Virus record (IMG/VR): IMGVR_UViG_3300022848_000777
Coordinates: 110,751 to 174,750 of that record
Length of the DNA stretch: 64,000 bases
From: a virus
Reading direction: 5' to 3' (one strand)
The position numbers and the translations under genes were made by a program. Shown piece by piece: positions 55,312 to 64,000 of the stretch (its first letter is position 1; every line of letters starts with the position of its first letter). A model generated the notes under the pieces. The model was not told where the DNA came from. It worked only from the letters and a program-made list of their open reading frames with translations, and did not search any database.

Positions 55312-58300
55312 ATGATATCGAGGGAGATTATTAAATTTGATGGTAGTATAGATAAAATCTATCACATAGCGGATGTTCACATCCGAAACCTACAAAGACA
55401 TAAAGAGTACAGAGAGGTCTTTATTCGATTATATGATTATATTAAAAAAACTAAAACAGAAAACTCTATAATAGTATTAGTTGGTGATATCGTTCATGCT
55501 AAGACTGACATGACTCCTGAGCTCATAGAAATGTCTCAGACTTTTTTAAGAACATTGGCCGATCTATGTGATACTATTTTAATTCCAGGAAACCATGATG
55601 CAAACTTAAATAACACATCAAGGTTAGATGCACTTACACCGATAGTTAATGCATTGAAGCATCCAAAATTACATTACTTTAGAGATGATGCGGTTATTGA
55701 TATGGGTGGATTGACATTCATACATACTTCAATTTTTAACCAAGATGGTAAGATACTTAAAGCTGATGATTATGATGGTGATTATAAAATAGCATTATAT
55801 CATGGTGCGGTGGATCGGGTTCAAACTGATACTGGATTTATAATAGATCATAGTAATGTAAATGTGAATTCATTTAAAGGTTATGATCTATCACTTCTTG
55901 GTGATATTCACGTTCCCAATCAAACATTAAATGCAGAGGGTACTATTAAATACTGTGGATCTACTATAATGCAGAATCATGCAGAATCAAAATATCCAAA
56001 ACATGGTATTCTTGTATGGGATGTCGAATCAAAAAAATCTGAATTTGTACCGATAAAAAATGATTATGGGTATGTTACTATTGATGTGAGTGATGGTGAT
56101 GTAATAGGTTCTGTGGATATACCTAAGAAAGCTAGAATACGAATTAGAGCAGAAAATACATCTCAATCACAATTAAAAGAAATTATATCTGATCTTCGAG
56201 TGGGTAGGAGTGTACAAGAAATATCAGTACATAAGGTAACTAATGGGTTAACCACTACAGATGACACTCATATTCATTTAGAAAATGTGAGAGATCAATC
56301 GTTTCAAGATAAATTAATTCAATCATATTTAGAAGATAATTATATTCTATCAGATAAGTTAATACATACTGTTAAAGATATCAACAAAGATATCAATAAA
56401 AAGCTAGGTAGATATTCTGGGTTTAAAAATATTATTTGGAGACCTAAGAAATTTGAGTTTTCAAATATGTTTAGTTATGGTGAATCTAATGTTATTGATT
56501 TTACAAATATGAGAGGTACATATGGTATCTTCGCACCAAACACAAGTGGTAAATCATCACTATGGGATGCCCTTTCATTTTGTGTATTTGATAAATGCTC
56601 ACGAACTTCAAAAGCAGTTGATGTCTTAAATTTCTCAAAAGATAAGTTTGATTGTAAATTTGAATTTGAAATTAACGGTAAGAGTTATTTTATAGAAAGA
56701 CATGCTACGAAATCACTAAAAAAAGGAACTGTCAAAGTTGATGTTGAGTTTTATACCACCAATACCAATGGTGATAAAGAATCTCTTAATGGTGAGGAAC
56801 GACGTGACACTAATTCTATAATCCGTAATTATGTGGGATCTTATGATGATTTTATATTAACAGCATTATCGACTCAAAACGATAGTGCTGGTTTTATTAA
56901 TAAGTCTCAGAAGGATAGAAAGGATTTATTAGCTAAATTCTTAGATATGGATGTTTTCGAAGAATTATATCATATTGCAAACGATGAACTTAAAGAATTA
57001 GGAACGTTACTAAAGAGTTATAAAAATAGAAATTTAACTGAAAGGTTAAGTAATGCAATAGATTCGTATAATGATGAGAAATCAAAATTAAAGGTTTGTA
57101 GTGCAGATCTCATAAAAACTAAAGATGTAGAGAGTGAATTAGAAAATGAATTGGAAAAGTTACTATATCAGAAACGTGATGTAGATAATTCTATAGTTGA
57201 TATCGATACTCTTAAAATATCACATATTGAATTGAAAATGCAAATAACTGATAAACAATCCGAATGTTCGGATATAGCTTCTGTGTTAACGGAATTTAAA
57301 TCTAAATTAAAAACAAAAAAAACTGAGTTAAAGAAATATGATTTAAAGGAATTAAAATTAAAAAATGAAAGTTACATTCTTTATGTAAATAAATCGAATG
57401 ATATTAAATCTGAATTAGATCTAATAGATGTTGAATTAAATCACAAACAAACCCACTTAGATGGAATTGGATCATTATCATTTGATGATGAATGTACTCA
57501 TTGTTATAATAATAAAAATACACCATTTGCAAAGGAATCTAATAAGATATCTAAGGATTTGGATGATTTGAATATTCGAAAATCACATTTAACTATTACA
57601 CTAGAGGGTGTTAATGAATTAGTTTTGCAGTTTGATGTAACTGATATTTTAAAAGTTTGTTTAGAATTACATAATGAAATTTCCACATTAGAACATGGTG
57701 TTGAGAAAGAAAGTTTAAAAAATAAAAGTTGCAGCTTAGAACTATCTACATTGGAATTAAAATTATCTGATGTTGATATAAAAATCAAAAATTCAGAAAA
57801 AAAGCAAAAGGATATTATTTTTAATAAAAATTTAAATATAACTGTAGATCGTACTAAGATTGATTTAGATAACTTTAAGGCTTTGGTCGATACTATAATG
57901 GAAGACATTACAGAAATCCGTGGTGATATAAAAGTACACAATGGTGTAATCGATGATGTAAATGAATCTATTTCTGAATTAAAAGATATGGAATCTAAAT
58001 ATGATGGGTATGAGTATTATTTGAAATGTGTGAAGCGAGATGGAATTCCATATAAATTAATATCTGATATTCTACCAAAAATTGAAGATGAGATAAATAA
58101 TATTCTATCATCAATTGTTGAATTCAAAATCCTATTAGATACTGATGGGAAAAATATAAATTCATATATCGCATATGGTAATACTGAATATTGGCCATTA
58201 GAACTTACAAGTGGTATGGAGAAATTCATATCATCTGTTGCAATTCGCAGTGCTTTAATCAATGTATCTAATTTGCCACGACCTAACTTTATAACTATAG

Positions 58301-58482
58301 ATGAGGGATTTTCATCATTGGACAGTAGTAATTTTAATTCACTTCATCTTTTATTTGATTACTTAAAAACTCAATTTGAATTTATAGTAACGATATCACA
58401 TATTGATAAAACTAGAGATATGGTTGACCATATTATAGATATTGAGAAAAAGAATGGATTTTCATCGATACAATATTTATAG
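55312..58482 (+). CDS. Mre11-Rad50 (SbcD-SbcC; gp47-gp46) fusion nuclease/ATPase
   Basis: ADVH, GD, GNHD, GDIH phosphoesterase motifs; Walker A PNTSGKSS; zinc hook CTHC; signature SGMEK; Walker B IDEGF; ISH. Confidence 0.92.
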   Translation: MISREIIKFDGSIDKIYHIADVHIRNLQRHKEYREVFIRLYDYIKKTKTENSIIVLVGDIVHAKTDMTPELIEMSQTFLRTLADLCDTILIPGNHDANLNNTSRLDALTPIVNALKHPKLHYFRDDAVIDMGGLTFIHTSIFNQDGKILKADDYDGDYKIALYHGAVDRVQTDTGFIIDHSNVNVNSFKGYDLSLLGDIHVPNQTLNAEGTIKYCGSTIMQNHAESKYPKHGILVWDVESKKSEFVPIKNDYGYVTIDVSDGDVIGSVDIPKKARIRIRAENTSQSQLKEIISDLRVGRSVQEISVHKVTNGLTTTDDTHIHLENVRDQSFQDKLIQSYLEDNYILSDKLIHTVKDINKDINKKLGRYSGFKNIIWRPKKFEFSNMFSYGESNVIDFTNMRGTYGIFAPNTSGKSSLWDALSFCVFDKCSRTSKAVDVLNFSKDKFDCKFEFEINGKSYFIERHATKSLKKGTVKVDVEFYTTNTNGDKESLNGEERRDTNSIIRNYVGSYDDFILTALSTQNDSAGFINKSQKDRKDLLAKFLDMDVFEELYHIANDELKELGTLLKSYKNRNLTERLSNAIDSYNDEKSKLKVCSADLIKTKDVESELENELEKLLYQKRDVDNSIVDIDTLKISHIELKMQITDKQSECSDIASVLTEFKSKLKTKKTELKKYDLKELKLKNESYILYVNKSNDIKSELDLIDVELNHKQTHLDGIGSLSFDDECTHCYNNKNTPFAKESNKISKDLDDLNIRKSHLTITLEGVNELVLQFDVTDILKVCLELHNEISTLEHGVEKESLKNKSCSLELSTLELKLSDVDIKIKNSEKKQKDIIFNKNLNITVDRTKIDLDNFKALVDTIMEDITEIRGDIKVHNGVIDDVNESISELKDMESKYDGYEYYLKCVKRDGIPYKLISDILPKIEDEINNILSSIVEFKILLDTDGKNINSYIAYGNTEYWPLELTSGMEKFISSVAIRSALINVSNLPRPNFITIDEGFSSLDSSNFNSLHLLFDYLKTQFEFIVTISHIDKTRDMVDHIIDIEKKNGFSSIQYL

Positions 58483-58495
58483 GAAATGGGGATAG

Positions 58496-60718
58496 ATGTC
58501 GTTAGTATATAAAAAGGCTTATAGGAATAATCTAACAGATTTAGATGTATATATAAATGATCAATCTGAAAAATCTCCAGATTTCTTTAGAATGTCATAT
58601 TTACCTACAGTTCTAACCAAGGGTAAGAACATGGTAAAGTTATCTGCACATCCTTTTAACCTATTACCAAATACTGAGATTCAAATTGATATTAGAGATT
58701 CTAATGGAGATCCTATATACTTTGAAATTCCAAACTTTATTGAAGAGGATAAGAGTAGAATAATATCTATATGGATTTATAATAATATTGGTGATTTAAA
58801 TACGGCGAATGGTGATGCTATTATATCATTAGTAGCTACTGCTAGGATTGATGGTAATGGTAACACCATTCCAACTGTATTTAAAAATAAACCGAATGTA
58901 AGGTGGCAATATAAAGTTAATGTGGATAGGGGTAGGGATAATATAACACCTATCATATTTAACCCAACATCGTTACCCGTAATAAGTGCATCTGAAAGCA
59001 TCGAAACCTATACACAAATACCAACAGGAAGTAGTGCTAATAGTATATCATTAATAACACAAACTGGCAGTTTATCATCGTATTTTTATAAAGGAAATAC
59101 CTCAGTTATAACAATAAAGGATACCTCTAAGTTCAATTCCGAAATGATTGGGTATGATATGATCCTATCAGATTTTACTGAACCAGCTACCCCAATTACT
59201 AAGTATCGGAATCCAATAAATAATACATCATACACCTCATCGGTATCGTATCTATTATCAAATAACCGCATTGTATTAGAAACCCCATTCACCACTGAGT
59301 TTACCGATCAAACTGATTTAATACACACATATGATGCAATTTCAGAGGCTAGCTATAGTATTAATTATTATTCAACACAATCCAACACCCAACTAACCTC
59401 TAGTTTAACATCATTCGTAACCGTTGGTATTGATAATTTAGATCCAATATCAGGAGTAGTTGATAGGGTAAAAGTATTCCTAAAATCGGTAGCATTTCCT
59501 GATTCAAATTTTGAATTAGTAAATGATATTAGAGTGAATTACACAGGCTCATTAAAAATAAAGACTATCTTAAATGATAGGTTTATATCAGACCCTAAAA
59601 TAATAAAGATAGAATACCTAAACTCAAATGGTGAAATATCAAGAACAGATTCAATAAGTGATGTATTTGTATATGAGGGTGGGAATTCATTAAATAGCAC
59701 ATTATATCCAAACGCAGGCCCATCCACATGGATAACCGATCCATCGGCATCTGGAAGTTCAGGATCAACCGTAATTGATGGGCCTAGTGTCGTAACAACA
59801 AACCCATCAGGCTCAACAGTAATTGATGGGCCTAGTGTCGTAACAACAAACCCATCAGGCTCAACAGTAATTGATGGGCCTGATATTATAGTATCAGGAA
59901 GTTATGGTGAATTTAATGTTGATAATTTATTATTAACAGCATCCGTGTATGGTAATGTACTCACCTTCGTAAAGGCTAATGGTACTGAATTTGATTTACC
60001 TATTGAGGCTGAATCGTATTCTTTAGAATCTGGTTCTGTATTTTATATAGTAAACCAAACATCACATGGATTTGCTATTGGAACACCACTTTCGGATTCT
60101 GGATCTGAATATGTATTAGCATCAAATACCGCTAGTGGTGAATTGGGATGTAACGGTGTGGTTTCGCATGTGTATAATGTAAATAAATTTAAAATAGTAA
60201 CTAAAGGTGTTGTTGATTACACATCATCATTAACAGGAGATCAATGGTCGTATTTGGGTTCGACTCCAGGAACAATAGTAACTACAGAACCCACATCCGC
60301 TGGAAGTCAACTATTATATAGAAATATAACCAGTGGTCAAATTTATGTAGATATTGGTGATTTTTTTGTAAGGACAGGTTCCGCTGTTCCTGGTACCGCA
60401 ATGATTCCTGATGTAGCAGCTGGATTGATATCAACTGTAAGTGAAATGGGATATACAATTATAATCAGTACACATTATTCAGGTGAAATAGTTGCCATCG
60501 GTGGGTTATTGCAAACAGGTTCATTGAATTTAAATGTATCAATAAATGATGTAACTAGCTCACAGGGCCCGATTTCAATAACGACTAGTAGTTATTCCGA
60601 AGTAGTTATTTCAGGCTCAAATATATTTAACATTGGTGATCGATTGGGAATTGATATTTCAGATATATCAGCATCGGCTGAATTGGACTTTGTAATTAAA
60701 TTTAATAAGGATATTTAA
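58496..60718 (+). CDS. tail fibre/baseplate-associated protein
   Basis: 740 aa, S/T-rich, internal repeats, late-type motif upstream. Confidence 0.65.
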   Translation: MSLVYKKAYRNNLTDLDVYINDQSEKSPDFFRMSYLPTVLTKGKNMVKLSAHPFNLLPNTEIQIDIRDSNGDPIYFEIPNFIEEDKSRIISIWIYNNIGDLNTANGDAIISLVATARIDGNGNTIPTVFKNKPNVRWQYKVNVDRGRDNITPIIFNPTSLPVISASESIETYTQIPTGSSANSISLITQTGSLSSYFYKGNTSVITIKDTSKFNSEMIGYDMILSDFTEPATPITKYRNPINNTSYTSSVSYLLSNNRIVLETPFTTEFTDQTDLIHTYDAISEASYSINYYSTQSNTQLTSSLTSFVTVGIDNLDPISGVVDRVKVFLKSVAFPDSNFELVNDIRVNYTGSLKIKTILNDRFISDPKIIKIEYLNSNGEISRTDSISDVFVYEGGNSLNSTLYPNAGPSTWITDPSASGSSGSTVIDGPSVVTTNPSGSTVIDGPSVVTTNPSGSTVIDGPDIIVSGSYGEFNVDNLLLTASVYGNVLTFVKANGTEFDLPIEAESYSLESGSVFYIVNQTSHGFAIGTPLSDSGSEYVLASNTASGELGCNGVVSHVYNVNKFKIVTKGVVDYTSSLTGDQWSYLGSTPGTIVTTEPTSAGSQLLYRNITSGQIYVDIGDFFVRTGSAVPGTAMIPDVAAGLISTVSEMGYTIIISTHYSGEIVAIGGLLQTGSLNLNVSINDVTSSQGPISITTSSYSEVVISGSNIFNIGDRLGIDISDISASAELDFVIKFNKDI
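59771..59881 (+). repeat. 48-bp coding tandem repeat (2.3 copies)
   Basis: VIDGPSVVTTNPSGST twice plus VIDGP, identical at the DNA level. Confidence 0.92.
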
Positions 60719-62610
60719 TGATATGGTATCACATCCCAAATCGAACAGCAGTAGATCCTCTTTGGTCTATTCGATCTCTAAGTGATTATTCAGGCTCATA
60801 CTCAGTATTATTAAAATATTCAGGTGCCGATCAACCCACAATCACAATCGATGGTATCGATCAGATTGTAGGTTCTTTTGATGGATCGGGTTGGCCTGTT
60901 ACAATGGAATTTATAGGTAGTAGTGAGAAAGAAATATTGATTTTTTCCGAAGAAGATGATCAATTTGAATTCGTAAATAGTAGTGCGTACTTTAGTGGAA
61001 TTGATTTAGGTATTACATTAATTGATCTGAGTCAACTAACTGGTATAGATTCTGATAATTTATATTTAAAACGAAATATATATACTACAGTGATATTACC
61101 TCCAGTTGATATTAACGAAATATCAATATTAGGTACTGATAATGCAAATGATTATTCTGATTCTGAAATAGTTACAATAACAGGTGGTGGAACATACTCA
61201 GATTTATATGTTCAGGATTTCAATAAATGCTCTATAAAAATAGATGATCTATCACTTAGAACAAAATTACAGATAGGTGGTCGTGGTAATACGACATCAA
61301 CGGCAAATACTTGCTGGTATCTCACTTTACCAACATCCAATAGTGAAGATTTCTCTTTCTTCGAAATAGGGGGGGTGTATCAATCACAAGATATCGATTT
61401 GTCATTATGGTCGGGGGCATTCTCAGGAAAATTCTCAATTTCTAATCAAGGGGTTGGTCCGAAATTACTGACACTTCCTAATAATATGGATGGTGTGGAT
61501 GATTTATACATAGGTAATCACAGAACTATGGGCACGGCCAATAATATTGTATTAGACAATGGATCTGATACATGCCCAAAAACAGAGATATACCGAAATG
61601 GTATATGGAACCTATCGATATACAACCCCACATTCGATTTGTCAGATTGGGGTATGTCAGATTCATTGGAATTGCATGGATTTGGAAATGATTTTGCTGG
61701 GATAATAATACTAGCTGCACTAAACACAAACGACTTCTCTATGTTCAGATATGAATCGATTATGGAATCCCCATTAGTAGTCGATTTTACAGGATGGACA
61801 GGTAATTTTACAAATACCGTAGCTATAGGTAACTGTGGCCAAACCGAAGAGTTCCGTTTAATGCCTAATATTGCGGGAGTAACAAATTTTAAATTTAGCC
61901 AAAATTATGGATTACTTGATTTTCCATTAAATTTATCAGGGATCACTTTACTTACATCGTGTGTTATTTACAGACATGACAACAATGGTACCAGTTCAAA
62001 TCGAATATTAACTCTCCCTCAATGTAAGGATGATCTTAGAGTATATAGTTTTTCAGATTCAAGACCTGTGAATTGGATTCAGGTGAACTTCCCATCTACA
62101 AATACCAATGATTTTTGGCGAATCTCTATGTCCAATGTGGGTAATTCTACAATTAATTTCTCTAACTGGACGGGTGATATTATAAGGCAGGGTGATCACG
62201 ATTTCACCATACAGGGGAATCCTAATTTAACCAGCCTCTCATTGGGTTTTGGTGTGATTCAAATGAGACACATAATTATTAGAAGATGTGAACAGTTAGA
62301 CTTCTATTTTGAGATTGGTGCGCAAATTCTTCCAGATTTAGCAGATAGTTATGTTGATTTCTCAATGAACGATTTAAGTCAATCAAATATTGATGATATG
62401 ATAGATGATATTAACACAAATAACGCAGCACTACAAAGTGGTCAACGTTTTAATTTCAGCCGATCAAACACTAACAGTAATAATAGCACAAATATAGGCA
62501 CAAATGAAGTACCAAGTTCATCAAAAATTACATTAATAAGTACGTTAAATAGTACATATGGGTTCGTTTTTAATTATTGGAATGGTTCTTCAAATGTAAA
62601 AGTCGGTTAA
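60718..62610 (+). CDS. LRR-like solenoid protein, possible receptor-binding protein
   Basis: recurring LTLP..N..F / IDLS.W.G units. Confidence 0.6.
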   Translation: MIWYHIPNRTAVDPLWSIRSLSDYSGSYSVLLKYSGADQPTITIDGIDQIVGSFDGSGWPVTMEFIGSSEKEILIFSEEDDQFEFVNSSAYFSGIDLGITLIDLSQLTGIDSDNLYLKRNIYTTVILPPVDINEISILGTDNANDYSDSEIVTITGGGTYSDLYVQDFNKCSIKIDDLSLRTKLQIGGRGNTTSTANTCWYLTLPTSNSEDFSFFEIGGVYQSQDIDLSLWSGAFSGKFSISNQGVGPKLLTLPNNMDGVDDLYIGNHRTMGTANNIVLDNGSDTCPKTEIYRNGIWNLSIYNPTFDLSDWGMSDSLELHGFGNDFAGIIILAALNTNDFSMFRYESIMESPLVVDFTGWTGNFTNTVAIGNCGQTEEFRLMPNIAGVTNFKFSQNYGLLDFPLNLSGITLLTSCVIYRHDNNGTSSNRILTLPQCKDDLRVYSFSDSRPVNWIQVNFPSTNTNDFWRISMSNVGNSTINFSNWTGDIIRQGDHDFTIQGNPNLTSLSLGFGVIQMRHIIIRRCEQLDFYFEIGAQILPDLADSYVDFSMNDLSQSNIDDMIDDINTNNAALQSGQRFNFSRSNTNSNNSTNIGTNEVPSSSKITLISTLNSTYGFVFNYWNGSSNVKVG

Positions 62611-62656
62611 TGTAAATTAAATTAGTGGTAATTGAAATTGATTAATATTTATAGGT

Positions 62657-63277
62657 ATGAAACTAAAAGATGCATCAAAGTCCGTAATAGAATATCTTAA
62701 AAATATCCATCAGATATTATTAGCAGTTGGTATGATAATAGCAATGTTAATATCAGGCTGGCAGTATACAAAAAATACCATAATAGAAAATGAACGTGAA
62801 ACTTTAAAAATGATATTATCTCAATCTGTAAAAGAACTTGGGTTAGTCACCGATAGTACCTTATCAGTTAAAATAAGAAATTTAGAAGAGGTTCAATTAG
62901 CTAAAATAAACCCAATGTTAGATCTCCATTATACACAGTTACTAAAAATGGATTCTATAAACGCAACATTGCGATCTATTTCATATTCAATAAAAAGGAA
63001 TCGATCTGAGATCGATGATCTAACTGATATGATTGTTGTGATTAGTGACCAAATCGGTGGCAACGCTAAAAAATTAACAACTGTAGCAAATAATACTGAG
63101 TACTCAGATTCATTACAATATGAATTAGAAACAGTTAGGCTTCAATTTGAAATTGATAAAATATTGGGATTATTAAAAAAGCAACATAAAGAAACTGTAT
63201 ATGGTATCAATGGATTAATTAAAGATGAAGGAGTTCGTGGGTATAGATCACCACGATCTAAGATAACGAGAAACTAA
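62657..63277 (+). CDS. membrane-anchored coiled-coil protein
   Basis: TM ILLAVGMIIAMLISGW followed by heptads. Confidence 0.7.
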   Translation: MKLKDASKSVIEYLKNIHQILLAVGMIIAMLISGWQYTKNTIIENERETLKMILSQSVKELGLVTDSTLSVKIRNLEEVQLAKINPMLDLHYTQLLKMDSINATLRSISYSIKRNRSEIDDLTDMIVVISDQIGGNAKKLTTVANNTEYSDSLQYELETVRLQFEIDKILGLLKKQHKETVYGINGLIKDEGVRGYRSPRSKITRN

Positions 63278-64000
63278 TGGGTAGACGGCCAATATATATC
63301 CCAAATTCAGTCCCAATGGGGTCATCTGACATTTCAGCACTTAATGCGTTTACATCATCTTATTTTATTGATTCGGCATCTTTCAGTTCATCAATTGAAG
63401 AATTGGAAGGTTGGAGTTCATCTTTTTCTGAAACTCAAGGATTACCTAATGTTCTATTAATTCATAATGAGACAAGTGGTTCTGATATTGTAGTTTCGGA
63501 AGATGATGTAATTGATTTTAAAGCAAATAATGTCTCAGTGATGTTATTCTCAGGAAGTGAGGATATTGCATATGGTAATTATGGCTTAATTTTTAGAGAT
63601 TTTGAATCAATTTCTCTTTCGAGTGGCTCTGGCGCATCTCAATCGGATATGATTAAATTCCGAAAGATAAGTAATGTATTATCTGATATATTGATTGGTA
63701 ATAATTCTGGAGTTGATGGTGAATTATCTATTTTTAATTCATCAAATCCAATAACGTATAGAGTTGAATCATTAACTAACAGTAGAAGTATACACCTTCC
63801 AAATTCAGATATCAACTGGACTGGATCGGTTGATAATCAAGTTATGGCTTTCAATTCAAGTTCTAATATATGGGAACCGAAATCTATTATAATCCCTGAC
63901 ATTTCAGCACTTAATACTTTCACAAGTTCTTATTTTATTGATTCAGCATCTTTCAGTTCATCAATTGAAGAATTAGAATTATGGTCTGGTTCTTTAATAA
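63277..64000 (+). CDS. tail fibre-like protein (runs off the window)
   Basis: ORF from ATG 63277; repeat DISALN(A/T)FTSSYFIDSASFSSSIEELE near 63328 and 63898. Confidence 0.75.
   Translation, partial: MGRRPIYIPNSVPMGSSDISALNAFTSSYFIDSASFSSSIEELEGWSSSFSETQGLPNVLLIHNETSGSDIVVSEDDVIDFKANNVSVMLFSGSEDIAYGNYGLIFRDFESISLSSGSGASQSDMIKFRKISNVLSDILIGNNSGVDGELSIFNSSNPITYRVESLTNSRSIHLPNSDINWTGSVDNQVMAFNSSSNIWEPKSIIIPDISALNTFTSSYFIDSASFSSSIEELELWSGSLI

Noticed and set aside
156-61729. Most minus-strand ORFs in the track
   Set aside because: They lie antisense to well-supported + strand genes and have no recognisable motifs
63326-63980. Diversity-generating retroelement TR/VR pair
   Set aside because: Both copies are in frame within one ORF, the differences are mostly synonymous and not confined to adenines, and no reverse transcriptase is in the window
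1-64000. Integron integrase or other tyrosine recombinase gene
   Set aside because: No ORF with recognisable R-H-x-x-R-H-Y catalytic motifs in this window, so a complete integron is not claimed

Overview
This window is 64 kb of a large, AT-rich, T4-like (myovirus-type) phage genome with almost all genes on the + strand. Promoters of the TTTG/TTAG...TAnnTTTG type and a tmRNA tag ending in ALAA point to a Bacteroidota (Flavobacteriia-like) host. Layout: (1) 1-19.9 kb is an early/accessory region of small genes; (2) 20.1-29.4 kb is an RNA island with about 27 free-standing tRNAs covering all 20 amino acids, a tmRNA, a roughly 1 kb GOLLD-like RNA with an embedded tRNA, and several unexplained tRNA-like or structured RNAs; (3) 29.4-36.4 kb holds conserved phage genes (GroES, HD protein, gp55-like sigma factor); (4) 36.4-64 kb holds baseplate/tail genes, two free-standing homing endonucleases, endonuclease I, primase, an Mre11-Rad50 (SbcDC) fusion and tail-fibre-like genes. 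The most striking signal lies at about 2.7-10.5 kb: an integron-like cassette array. Imperfect hairpins bounded by AAC/AAT...GTT separate units whose own two ends are cassette-specific 10-14 bp inverted repeats. In three ORFs the GTT core is an in-frame Val codon joining two protein modules. No integrase is visible in this window. All calls were made by eye; no database or covariance-model searches were run.
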